Under the pieces are notes generated by a model. The model was not told the origin of the DNA, ran no database searches, and saw nothing but the letters and a program-made list of their open reading frames with translations. Of a stretch of DNA of 64,000 bases, positions 14,001 through 26,231 are shown piece by piece. The position numbers and the translations under genes were made by a program. The stretch comes from Entomortierella parvispora E1425. Lineage: Eukaryota; Fungi; Mortierellomycota. Every line of letters begins with the position of its first letter. The stretch's first letter is position 1. The DNA lies in NCBI GenBank assembly GCA_020891255.1, contig BQFW01000001.1:2480001-2544000 (forward strand), written 5' to 3'.

Positions 14001-15188
14001 ATGTACGACCAGGACCCAGCTTCGCTGCTCATTGCACAACACCCACCGCTGGACGCGCCACGGCCCCATCTCGATGCCTCGCTCTTTGACCGGATTGGCA
14101 ATGGACTAGCCGATTCTCTTCTCATGGTCCCCATGGACACTACTGCTCCCTCAGCAACTCACCAACGTACTTCTCAGCAAGACGACGTACTACAACGTCT
14201 TTGCGCTCTTGCCGACCGGATGGACCGAGCCTCTCCTCAAGTGTCGTCCTCAACAATATCAACTATGCAGGGGAAGAAGCCAGAGGAAAATCCGTTTGAT
14301 GTCAAAACCAACGCACCTCCAGGACTTGACCTACGTGCATTGGATATCCTCCAACCTACCATTTTTCAGTCGTTTTGGACTGGTGCTCGACCAGACATGG
14401 AGGACCCAACACTTTCTCAAAAAGCCGACTTGCCCAAAGAGCCACCACTCTTCCCGGCTATAACCCCTGTACATGAGATGGAGTATGACCGCTGGAACTC
14501 GAGGACTGTATTTGGTGCACTTTCCCACCCAGCTGCCGCGGTGGATGCCACTGGAAAGCAACAGGACGCGATAATGCGTGTAATGTCGAACCTTCCAAAG
14601 AACAAGCTACTAGAGTTTGATATAGACAAGCATGGGAAGACAAGGGCCGCAAATCGACCGTTGTCAGTATTCACGCAATCGCAAATGGACGGACGTGTTA
14701 GAGGTGGAGAGGATGATGTCGGACTAGTGTTTGAGCTCCCAGCGTTGACAAAGCGGCCACGCGATATCCTGGACGACTGCCTTGATCGGGAAAGACCATT
14801 ACGGCAGCCAGGATCCAAGATGGACGGCGTTACAACGCCGGATGACGATATGAGAATGAGCAAAGCTATGAGACTGGACGCACAGGATAGCGTATACCCC
14901 AAAGTCGACAAGGAGCAGGGGCAGATGCGGGACTTGGACCTTTGGTTGTCGGCATCAAGGCGGCCAATACAAAATGATACCCAAAAGATGAAACGCTACG
15001 ATACAACAGAGGAGGACGAGCGGCCAGTGTTTTCACAATTGTCTTGGGAGACATGTTCCCGAACAGGAATTCCTACATCTCTATCGCTGTCTTCCTCAGC
15101 GACTGCAGGCACAGAGACCCATTCCCCATATGTGACAGAGGCAGGTCTGCCAGTAATGACCAGCCTCTTTCGGAGATTTGTGCAATAA
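14001..15188 (+). CDS. Hypothetical protein, about 395 aa, no recognised domain
   Basis: 455-codon stop-free frame with first plausible ATG at 14001, divergent from AFG2, and protein-like composition. Confidence 0.7.
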   Translation: MYDQDPASLLIAQHPPLDAPRPHLDASLFDRIGNGLADSLLMVPMDTTAPSATHQRTSQQDDVLQRLCALADRMDRASPQVSSSTISTMQGKKPEENPFDVKTNAPPGLDLRALDILQPTIFQSFWTGARPDMEDPTLSQKADLPKEPPLFPAITPVHEMEYDRWNSRTVFGALSHPAAAVDATGKQQDAIMRVMSNLPKNKLLEFDIDKHGKTRAANRPLSVFTQSQMDGRVRGGEDDVGLVFELPALTKRPRDILDDCLDRERPLRQPGSKMDGVTTPDDDMRMSKAMRLDAQDSVYPKVDKEQGQMRDLDLWLSASRRPIQNDTQKMKRYDTTEEDERPVFSQLSWETCSRTGIPTSLSLSSSATAGTETHSPYVTEAGLPVMTSLFRRFVQ

Positions 15189-15597
15189 AGCCAAAAAGAA
15201 ACATCACACAAGTAGAACAGTGGAAGAAGGTGTGGCGACCACGCAGGCGAATTGGATTTCACTTGATCTATTGTTGGAAGGAGGGCGGGCGTCTTTGTCT
15301 TTTGCCTGGGATTGGATTGGCACAGGGCGCCTGCTGCTGCGAGACGAGAGAAGGAAAACAAGAGAGCGAAAAGAGGTGAGAGCGATTCTCTTTGTGCGTG
15401 CCTGGTTCCTGGATTGATGCACTGCAGCCCTGGGTTTGTCTGTTCTCGCCTCGGTCTCAACGTCTCATCAACTGGCTTGCATTCATTCTTGCATTCTTTG
15501 CATTCTTCCATTCATTCAATTGCCCTGTCTCATTCTCTCCCTCGTCCCCCTTGCCCTGTCCTTCCTCTCTCACACAAACACACAACCTTTATCCATA

Positions 15598-16156
15598 ATG
15601 CGCGTTTCCACTTTCGCCTCCTGGGCCTCCATCACCATCCTCGCCCTCTCTTCCTCCTTTGTTTCGGCCCAATCCGACCCTTGCCACGCCTGTATCCTCA
15701 AGGCCATCCCTTCCGTCGGCAACTGCACCTCCCTCACCTCCACTCAACTCTCCACCCTCGACACCGTCATCCTCGGTCAGGCCCCTCCTGGAGGATCCGT
15801 TGACTCTTTCAAGACTGCTAATCCTCAGGGCTTTGCGTGCTTGAACTCGCTCATGTGGGACATTGTCGAGTACAAGGGCCAGCTTTGGGGCCAGTGCCTT
15901 GACCCCACCTCGAGCTGCCCTTGGGCTGAAATGATGCAGTGGTTGGAAATGATCCCCAAGATTGCTGCCATCTATGGTGCCCCTAACCCTCCTGTAAGAG
16001 CTTTTTTTTTTTTTTTTGGTTTTTTGTTTTCGTTTGTTAATCTTTTCAATGACATGGACAGAGGAGTGAGGTTCCATTTGGTTTGGATGGTGTACTGATC
16101 CACGTTCCTTCCCCTCTCCTCTATAGGCCCAGGTCTTGAAGGGTGGCCCCGCTTAA
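15598..16156 (+). CDS. Small secreted cysteine-rich protein (about 142 aa, 6 Cys), one intron 15994-16126
   Basis: Signal peptide MRVSTFASWASITILALSSSFVSA, a CHAC motif plus 4 further Cys, C-ending codon bias, and a GTAAGA...TAG intron leading to AQVLKGGPA*. Confidence 0.85.
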
Positions 16157-16877
16157 AAAGGACTCAGAGGAATGGACCTGATACTCGATCCTCCTTTCGC
16201 TCATGGCACCTTGCACCCAAATAACGATACCTTTTGTACTCCAAAAATTCGCCCAAATTCGATAAAGATCTCTGCATATCTAGGCAGTTTAATATGAAAG
16301 AAGAGGACCCAATCCAGTCTTGTTTTTTTCCTTGTTGCTTGCTTCCAGGAACTGGATGGATCGCTCGGGACTCTCCTCTCCCACTTCTTTGCTGAGGGGT
16401 GAAGGAACAGAGATACATGAGATGGCATTCACGATAAACGATAACAAGTCCTCTTTCTTTCATATTCTGGAGTCAAGGAAACAACGCGCAACATTATCCT
16501 CCTGTGCAACAACCGTTCTAATTCTTGGCAACGACCCACAGACCTCATACTTCAAACGACTTCAGGAGCGAGTAGAGCAGAATGTTTGAATGACATTGAC
16601 AAGAATTTATTTCGGTGGCAAAAAAAAAGAGGACAATCTGGCTCCTCCGAGATCAAGAAAAACATCGTCCTCTCCCCCTTTAGATCAAACAACAAAACGA
16701 ATGACAGTTCAACAGCGTGTCCACGCCCTCGTATTGTTCTCTGTCGTCTGTAAAAAGGGTGTTGGTCGAGATCACTCATTCCGACGAGCCTTCTCCTCCT
16801 GCGAAATCGCTCCGAAGATACAATAATTGAGTGGTTGGTTGTGTTGACTTCTGACTACTTTAGCTGAATCCTGGTTC

Positions 16878-17813
16878 TTAAACGACTTGACCCTCTGTGT
16901 GCCATCAAAGATAGAAGTTCAATGATTCTCACTGTTAGCAACAAATGTAACAAATGTCTCCAAAGAAACAAACAGAAAATCGCGTCCCAGAGTTTCTTCC
17001 AGGAAAAACGAGACAAACAAAAAAAGCACATACCGAGGATGTGCTTCTCGACCAATGCATCGGGCGAAGGTCGCTCTTGGATCTTGGTGTTCAACATATC
17101 CTCAAGTTGCGAGCGCTTCAATTCCGCCTCCTTTCCCTGCAAGGCTGGGGCCACGTTTGACGCTAAGAAAGATTATCCAACAACGGAAAGGCAAAAGAGT
17201 GTTTTCCATCTCGAGTTAGCATCATCATTCAAATTTCAGTGAAAACGAACAAATAAGCCTGCCCTGATCACAGGGTCTAAAAAGTCCTCTTGCTTCACAC
17301 GCAACACACACTATTTTTAAGCATCCACCCCCTTATCAAAAAAAAAAAAGGGCAACATGATCTTTACCATGCAAGATGTTGTGGTCCATGAGTTGAGATA
17401 CAGAAGGGCGACTCTCGATCTTGTGAGCCAAAGCCGCCTCGAGTTTGGCACGCTTGAGTTCCTCTGCATGAAGCTGCAGCGCGGGTGCGATCTTGGGATC
17501 TAAGTCATTGCGTCCAGTACAAACAACAACAACAAAAAAAAAAGGAAAGAAAAAAAATTCAGGAGGGTCAATGCCCCCTGGCCTTTAAAAAAAAAAGAGA
17601 GAGACCACGCTCTCACGCCCTGGTTTTTTTTTTTTTTCTTTATCGACCTGTCCATCCAAGATTAGAGATATGAAAAAACAAAAACATGTTTGTTTCCTTA
17701 CCCTTGAGAATGTTCTTTTCGACGAGCTCCTGCTGGTTAGGACGTTCCTTCAAGAATCTGTCCAAGTCCTCGTTGGATTTACGCAAATGTTCTGTTGGGT
17801 TTGGTACCGCCAT
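16878..17813 (-). CDS. RPEL-repeat protein (three RPEL motifs, putative G-actin binding)
   Basis: Exons 17702-17813, 17368-17499, 17034-17162 and 16878-16894 encode LKERPNQQELVEKNIL, IESRPSVSQLMDHNIL and IQERPSPDALVEKHIL. The last exon is the least certain. Confidence 0.85.
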
Positions 17814-19228
17814 TCGTGGTCGTTCACTGGATGTATAAGAGATATAAGAGAAATAACCATCTGTAAGTTGTCAAGATCTTTTAGGTCTGGAGACCAGAGA
17901 CGGAGGAGATGCTGCAGATCCCCAGGTGACTTACAGTTGAAGAGAACCGGGCAGGGTGCGGTTCGCGTGTATTATTTTCCCAGGGTTTTGGTTGTGGTTA
18001 CGAAGAGCAAACGCGAACAAGGGAGGGTAGAGAGCATCCACACGTTGCCGTGAATTTATTCCCGGACAGAGACGCGACGAGAAGCGGCCAAGGTAAGAAA
18101 AGAAGACAAGTCCGAGAGGGGGAACAAAGGACAGACGACAGCAGGGCACAGAAGAAAAAGAGAGGGATAACACGGTTAGAATAAAGTCCCGTCTCGAGTC
18201 ATGAAGAGTGCATGCATGCAAGTCGTGTAAAAAGTACCCATGGTGTTTTTTTTTTGTAAGAGTTGAATGAGAGAATGAGTTGAGGAGCGAGCGATGTGAG
18301 TCAGGGAGTGGAAGAGGGGACGAGAGAAGGGAAACGTAGGGAAAAAAGAAGAAGAGAAGAAGAAGAGAAGAGAAAAAGAGAGAAATAGGAGACACCCACG
18401 GACAACCCTTTGTTCTCTCACGCGTGTCAGAAGAGTGCGTCCATGCGCCCAGGCTCAGCGAGCGAGTCGGTCTCATATTGCGTGGTTGCACCTGACTTGA
18501 TTGCATGCAGCTAGATAACCCTTTTTTGTGATTTGCTCATTTGCACAGTGACAGAGACCTGGCCAATGTCACGATGGCCTTCCCTGCTTAACTTACTGCT
18601 TACTCTCTGCGTCCGACCTTCCCAGCCTTTCAGGCCTGTTCGAACCACACACCTCGCTCAAGCATCAAGACGGTTCGTCAGCTTTCTTTGAATGTGGTGC
18701 TGCTCTTCTCTCTCTCTCTCCCCAGTAACCCCAGTGTCAACAGGAACAAAAAACAATATTCGTTTTCTTTTTCTCGCCTCAGGATTGATGATGACACCAC
18801 CATCCATCCTCGCCTTTCTTGCCGAGGAAAGAAAGATTTCAAAAAATTTCAGGGGGAGGCGGAGGGACCTTGGACGGGGAGAAACGGGGGCCCCGCATTA
18901 GGACAAATCAAGAGACCCCGTCTCGCAGGAACACAACTGAACCATACCATCACTGTCCACGGATCTATGGTATGTCCTTGCTACATGTGTATATTGGAAG
19001 TCTTCTACTTTACAAATGCTTAGAGAGTGTGTGTGGGGATGAGAAAGAAAACACAAAAGAACAATAGATGACGACAAAGTACAACAAAAAAAAGGGAAAG
19101 CGGTAAAGGATAGAAGAAGATAGGGTATATCATGGAAGGGGGATTTGAAGTGGATCCTTCGCAAAAGAAAAAAAAAGGGCAACCGAAAAATTAGCGACCG
19201 TAGTCATAGGTGTGTTGCTCTCTTCTGT

Positions 19229-19343
19229 TTACGAGAATCCTTCAAAGCCAAGGATGCCTACAGAGGTGCCGTTGGATGTCGCATTTGGGGTTTGCGCCTG
19301 CGACGTCTGTGGCTGTTGAACCTGTTGGTTTTGGGCCTGTTGC

Positions 19344-19410
<67 letters not shown>

Positions 19411-22400
19411 GCTGAAACTGCTGGAACTGTCGTTGAAGCAGAGCCTGCTGAGAAGAAGCAAGGCTCTGCTGATGTTGAGAAAGCCCATTGAACCCAAGGA
19501 GAGACTGGTTGACACTTCCATTGGCTTGGAAAGCTGAACGCTGCTGCTGCTGCAGAATCTGCTGTTGCTGTTGCTGTTGTTGCTGTTGAAGAGATTGAAG
19601 TTGCAGCTGCTGGGGCTGCTGGGGCTGTTGCTGTTGCTGCTGTTGCCCAAAGGCATTTCCAGAGGTCGCAGAAGGGCCGCCCAACTGTAACAGAGTCCCG
19701 CCATTAGCACCCTGTCCCGGTCCAAGGATAGAATTGGATGCAGCAGCCGTCCCCATGATTCGCATAGCGACTTGATGGGGTGGCTCCACACGCCCATTCA
19801 TTTTCATGCCCAGAACTTGCAACGCCAAAGCAATCAAATCACGATCGCCCTTGTTTTCCTCGTATTCAAACAAGACACCGACGTCGTCATCGCCCAAAAG
19901 TTGAGCTCCTGCAGTAGATGGCCCTCCAAAGAGTTGGGTCATGGTCCGAACTAGGTCACTGCTTGTAGCGTCATCCTTTCCTGTTCCAGAAGAGGCGCCT
20001 GCAGCAACCGCTGCACTAATGGGACTTTGCGCCTTGACCACTACCGTGCCTGGGAAGCCACGCGGAGGCAGTCGGCAGATCACAGTCTCAGGTCCATAGT
20101 ACTGCACATTCAATGCAGGAACGCCATCAAAAGTCGGTACCATTCCTGGAAAGAATCCACTGCCAAGAAGAGTAATCTCGGCCCCACCCTCGACAGGACC
20201 TCGAGAAGGAATAAGCTTCTGAACTCTCGGCTTTTGTCGTGCGAGGATGGCTTGCTTCTGTTGCTGCTGCAGTTGCTGCTGAAACTGTTGTTGCTGTTGT
20301 TGCTGCCGTTGCTGAAAGAGTAGAAACTGCGCCGCCGCTGAGGCCGAAGAGCTTGCTGAAGCAATCTGTGCTGGTGGGGGTGACGGCGAGGGAGGCTCTG
20401 CAACGGATGTCTTTGGTGAAAGAAGAGGCGAGCCGGCTTGTGAGGCCGTAGGCACTGGGACTTTGCGCGGCCGGCCTCTCTTTTTAGGCGCCAAAGGAGT
20501 ATCCGCTGTTGGAGCGCCTGATTTGTCTGTTGACTCTGAACTTACACCCTGTCCATCGGTTTCTGACTTTGCCCAGCCACTGTCGGCGTCCGAAAGGACA
20601 GAAGGGATGGGGATGAACGCGCTCGATGATGGACTGGTAGTTTGAGACATAGCCGTGCGCATATTCCAGTAAGGATCTTTGTTCTCGGTTTTGGGTGCCG
20701 TCCAAGGAACCTGTTTTGGTGCAATAGATGGCTGCCCCGACTGAACACCCTGTTGAAGTTGATTCAACAACTGTTGCTGCTGGGACTGCATCATACTCTG
20801 GCGCTTGAAATTCTGAAACTCTTGCATCTGGGAAGCATCCAAGAAACTCGATGGGATTCCCGAGGTTGTGCTGACAGTAGTGGAGGGCGTCGTACCGTTC
20901 AGTGGGGCAGATATCGTACTGCTAAAGGCCATTGAGAACATTCCTGCGGAGCTAAAAGGGTTGGCGATATTTGATGATGCAGAGGACGACGTCGTAGGAT
21001 AGGATGCAGTGGGAATAGAGAATGAAGACCGGGATGCCAAAGACTGACTTGATGAGGGCATAGATATCTGGTCCTGATCAGGGAGAGCCATGGCTTTGAA
21101 GGCGTCGGGAGGTGAAGACATGGACTCGTCAAAAGTTGTAAACTCCATCATTGAAGACTCCTGATCCACCAAATCCTTGGAAGCCCGTTGTATTGTTCCG
21201 TTTTGCAATGAGTGTCCGTTCTGCAAAGAGTGTCCATTCTGAAGAAACATGCCCATGGTTTTAGGATCCAATAAACTCCCGTTGGCCGCCATAGCCTGCG
21301 AGAATGAAGGTGCAAACACATTGCTGTGCTCGTCATTCGCAAAAGGGGATCCTGGCATGAACGGCGACGTTGAAGCAAACGCGTCCATGTTTGGGGAAGG
21401 TGCAAACGTCATGGCGGAAGGCGAGAAGGGTAGTGCCCCACCGTTGCCACCGTCATGGATGACATCGTGGCTTGTTTTCCGTCGAAATGGCCCTCGAGAA
21501 GCGTCCATCATGGACTGAGTCTGAATGTCGTCCATCATGCTGTCATCTACACGTCGCTTGGCTCCGATGCTTTCCATTACGGTCGAAAGCGGTGTCAAAA
21601 CATCTCCAGACCGATCCTCAGTCTCGTCAAGTTTGAGAGAGCCATGAGGATTGAAGCCATGTCGGGGTATATGATTGCCAGCCTCAAGATCAATCTCTTC
21701 CTGGTCCTCCTCATCCTGCTCCATGTCTGCCTGATCGTCCAACTCTTGATTTGAATCAGCGGTATTGCGTGGTTTCGCCGACGACGATGAAGCTCCAGAA
21801 GAGGATGCACCATTTGATTTTGCAGGTGTTGTTGTTAATCTCTTTCCAGACTTATGGTCGTCCATCATCATAACAGCGTTACTCAAAACAGAGGCCACCT
21901 CTGCACCTGTCGAGTCGCGTGCAGTGAATTGGATCCTATAAAACGTAATTTGTGAGTTAGCATGTGCTGTGGTGGTAAAATGCTCGAGAGTCAGCTGAAA
22001 TTCGCGTCTGCATCGGCTGCCAAGACAAATTAATGAATGCAGCACGATGCAGATTAAATTCCACCGAGCCGTGCTACATCCCACGAGGGCGCTGTCCAGG
22101 GAACTTTTTTTTGTTTCGTCCTCTGCGCTGTGCAACCATCCTATCCAGTTTCCACATGGTGCCAAAGAGCCCCCGTTTCTCATTATCTGGGCGCGCGCCC
22201 TTTTGTCGTCCATTTCAAAAATGAAAGAACCTCCATTATTCTTGCCAAGAACAACTTACCGAAATCCGACTTTTTCATTGTGATGCCGACAGTAACAGGT
22301 AATTCGAGTCGGGAGTAGACATTGTCCTGATGAAAAGTCGACGTATTCTGTACTGCTGAAAACCATGATCCGGTGGCGCTCCCATGCTGCATACTCTTCT

Positions 22401-23511
22401 GGATCTGTCGGTGTGGGTGGTACGGGCTCATCTGCGAGAGAGGCGTGTTTTGGATTTACGGAACCAAAGATGGGTATTGATGCCAAAGGTCCTGGCAGTT
22501 TCTGACTTTCTTTCCTGCGATGTGCCCGTTTCCGCTCCCGTCCTATGCAGTTATCACAGCATTCCAAGATTTTGGATTTGTCGTGATCACACACCAGTCG
22601 AGCATCCAGCGTCAATACGTCCGAATCCTGAATGTTTTTGTTGCGACCTGAAGGATCAAACAATGAAAAAGAGTAGAAGGCAAACGGCATTAGTTGTTGA
22701 GGCTACAACTCGAAAAAAAGGCCTGACATTGAGCCATGGCTCAGAATCGTCCCTGTTCTTGCTTTTCTCTCCTTTCCTCCTTTCCTCCTTTCCTCTCCCT
22801 TTTCTGTCCCTTGAGTATACGTTTTTTTTACCGTTGTATTTCTCCATGCGATGCTTCTCCTTGGCAATAAGGGAGCGCGGTAGCCGAAGCTGTTTCCAGT
22901 CGCCGACGGTCTGCCCTTCTGCATTCTTGAGATGAAGGGTAATCTTGAGCTGTGTCTCAACTCTGCACTTGCCGTTCTCGGCAGGGATGCCCGAGATTTC
23001 GATCTGAAGGCTACAGGGAGAATATCACATAGGGAGGAAGGCTTTAGTACAGCAAGAAAGGAGAAGGAGATTATGACAGCAGAGAGTGCGGTCGAGAAGA
23101 GTGGCAATCATGATGCCCATTGTGACCAGCTGCATGCATATCGAGGAAAGGAAAGGCGTTTGCAGCTAGTTCTTTTTTTTTTTTTTTTTTTTTTCGTTTT
23201 GGTCCTTGGTCTCCTGTTGCCTTTGTCCAGCGATTGTTGATTTGTTGCGGATTGATTGGATTCCTGCTGTGATTGTCCAGACCATGAAGCGCCAGCCCAA
23301 AAAAAACCAGGCTGTGGCGAGTTTCCTCGAGCAGCGCAATGCAATGCAATTCAACAAGGGCGAGCGCATCAAGGGCAAGAGAAAAAGAAAGAAAAAAAAA
23401 GGCCCAGGTTCTTTTTGTTGTTTTGTCCCACCAAGCAAAGCAGGCATGCCTTCGTCCTGAATATCAAACCGAGAAGACAGGCAACAGGACATACCCTTCC
23501 CGGACGGTCAT
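19229..23511 (-). CDS. Spt23/Mga2-like transcription factor with IPT/TIG domain, lacking ankyrin repeats and TM anchor
   Basis: KCRVETQLKI, CCDNCIGRERKRA, LPTRITCYCRHHNEKVGFR, MDDHK, IPT domain (KLIPSRGPVEGGAEITLLGSGF...YYGPETVICRLPP) and DRDLIALALQVLGMKMNGR, then polyQ to the stop at 19229. The start may extend upstream of 23511. Confidence 0.88.
19338..19413 (-). repeat. (CAA)n microsatellite, about 22 uninterrupted units, encoding polyQ
   Basis: Pure GTT run on the + strand at 19345-19410, inside the Spt23/Mga2-like ORF. Confidence 0.95.
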
Positions 23512-26231
23512 GGGAGCAAGGACAGGTGGGGTACTGCTGATGTGTGCGATGGTGTCTAGTCCTGCGATGGATTCGATGGAGGGGAAGGAAAGTGAAGTTG
23601 AAGGGCTAGAAGCAAATCAAGGCAACAAAGTCCTTTGGGTTGCTTGGCGCAGGTGGGAGAATAGAGAGCGAGGGAGGACTGGGGACTGCAGGGCAAAAAG
23701 CGAGAAGAGAAGGCAGGGTGCAGATGCAGCAAGGGGTCAGTGAGAAGGCGAGGGAATGAATGCGAGGATGGAGGGATGAGGAAGTGGACGGGATGTGCAA
23801 TCAAAGGAGGAGGAGGAACAAAAGGAGGGAGGGGATGACTCAGACTGAATTGAATGTGAATGGACAGACGAAGGAGGAAGAAGAGGGAAGAAGAGAAGGA
23901 AAAGGAAAGAAGGAAAAAAAGCGATTTTTGTCTTTGAAGAGGGTCGCGTGCTAGGTCCCTGCAATGATGATGTTTTTATTTGTAGAGGTTCCCTTTCTCA
24001 CTCTTCTTTTCTGTTCCTTTTCCCTCTCTCCCTCGTGGACATGTGTCTGTCTGTGCTCTCCTGTGTCTGTTGCGATAGTCGTTGTTGTTTGTGCATGTTT
24101 GTTCCTCCTCTTCCTTCCTTCCTTCCTTCCTTCCTTCACCACTGCGCCTTCCTCTGCCAGAGGTGAGGGGAGGGGCGATATCAAAGGGTTGGCCGAATGG
24201 CTTGTTTGGCCAGTCATCCCGGATCGGGCATTTGATCCAGCTACCTCCTACGTGGCGGAATCATTTTGCCTGCTCTGGATCCACCCTTTCGGACACACAG
24301 TCCGATCTGTCGTCTTCTCCTCTTCCCTATCTCTGGACTTAACCTTGAGCGCAAAAATACTTCTTTGGACGTGTGCGTATCCCCCAACAGAGACCTTTCG
24401 TCTGCGTCTTGACTACCTGAACTTGACCTTGGACCTGATGAGCCTGGGGACCAATTGGACTTGCGAACATGGTTCGTGATCTCCAATGTCTACAACTCTG
24501 AGGCCGAGACGGGATCGCAACCAAAGGCAAACTACGGAAAATACATAAAAAAATGTCCAACAGACATGAACCTTACCCTTGACAAAGTCCCCTCCTATCT
24601 GAAGGATCACTCGCTTGGTTTCTTTTTTGCGTTCATCGAGCGAAACCTGATGTTGTGTCCTGCAGAAGCCCATCAGGAAGAACGATCTTCTTCTCACCCT
24701 CCTCCTCCTTGTTGCCGCTCTGAAGGAAAGCATGGACATGAATCGAGATCTTGTCGGAACAATAATTACTTTTTCATCCATGCAGGGGCAGGATGCGCCG
24801 AGACCTTACTTCGTTTTTACTTTCCCACGCTTACCGTTATCATTCAAGGTTGATTCGCGAGGGCTTCGCTAGACCGCACACAATTTCCAGACATACTACT
24901 AGCCTTTGCAGCAACGAGACAACATGCATCCTCTTGATAGAGATGTGTCGAGCAGCGGCCTTTTGTCGTGCCCCTCGTCATTGATCCCAACAATTCACCA
25001 CAAATAAACACAGGTGATAATTCCTGATATTATCTCTTGGACGCCAAATGGACTCACTCGACTTGTGGATTGACTCAAGATAGGGAAAAGTCGATGTGTT
25101 CAATGTTGTTTTGGATCGTGCACCGGTCATGGCCATGGCTCTCCTGAAGTCTGATATGATTAGCGATCGCCGCTGCCCTTCACCTTTCCTTTTTTTTTTT
25201 TTTTTTTTTTGGTGCGACATTAAAATGCTATGTCGCGATAAAGACAAGACGTGCGTGCCTCCCAGCGTTGTTCCAGCGTTGGAGATAGACAATGAAACAA
25301 GCGTCCAGAAATGAGATAGCGATGCACATTGAAACAGAGCATGGCCGGGCTGTTGATGGGCGCTGAACTGTCTGATGCCAAAAGATATACCACCTAACAC
25401 CACCAAACACCACCAAACTGGCGACAAGATAGAACCAAACCCCAGCATGTGCTTCGCAATAAGAATAGTTTTGATTTTCCTTCATTATTTTCATTTACCA
25501 TCGGACATCCTCGGTCCGTCCTCCCCCAAATGTAAGGGAGGGGAGGAAGGGACAAGAGCGGTTGATCGAGAAGCAGGGAGAAAGGGGAATGGATCCCCGA
25601 TGAAAAATTGGGACAAGCCCACCATGACAAACCAAGAATGGATAAATTTCTCGCCGTGTGCCCCACACCGAATGACAAAAGAGCCGACAGTCCGACGCGT
25701 TTGTTTTCCCCCAAGAAAGGGAATGCCTAGGTTGGGTCCCTCTTCCCCAGCACCATAGACTTTACAATCTGGGGCTCCTGTTCCTGATCTGCGTCAAGGT
25801 AAGATCAAATACCTTGTTTGGTCAAAGATGGTGACGCCACTCCTCCTTGTTTTCTTTTGTGCACGCGTCCCGCCTCCTTTTTTTTTTTTTTTTTTTTTTT
25901 TACCTGATGAATAGGTCTCGATGCATGCTGGCGATTGATTGTCTTCCTATCCTTGAACCCTTTCTTTTTCTTTCTCTCTGTCCCCCCCGGATTCCACGCT
26001 GACCCAGCTTCGATCGACCTGGTTCAAAAGTCGTGGGTTCTTTCTATTTGTCCGACAGTCTTTCATTCCTGCCTTTGCTGACATCGCGCGTCCCTCCCCC
26101 CCCTTCTCTCTGTCTTTGTCGCTTCGTTTCTTCTCCTCCCCTTCTCTATCCTTTCTTTATACCCAAACAACACACATCAAGGTCGATTCAGGAAACGTCA
26201 ACCAAAGGATATCAACCAAGGATTAAAAAAA

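Noticed and set aside
24455-25500. ORFs of 130-156 aa between the Mga2-like and PMT genes
   Set aside because: Low complexity or homopolymer-driven, with no domain or supporting splice structure.
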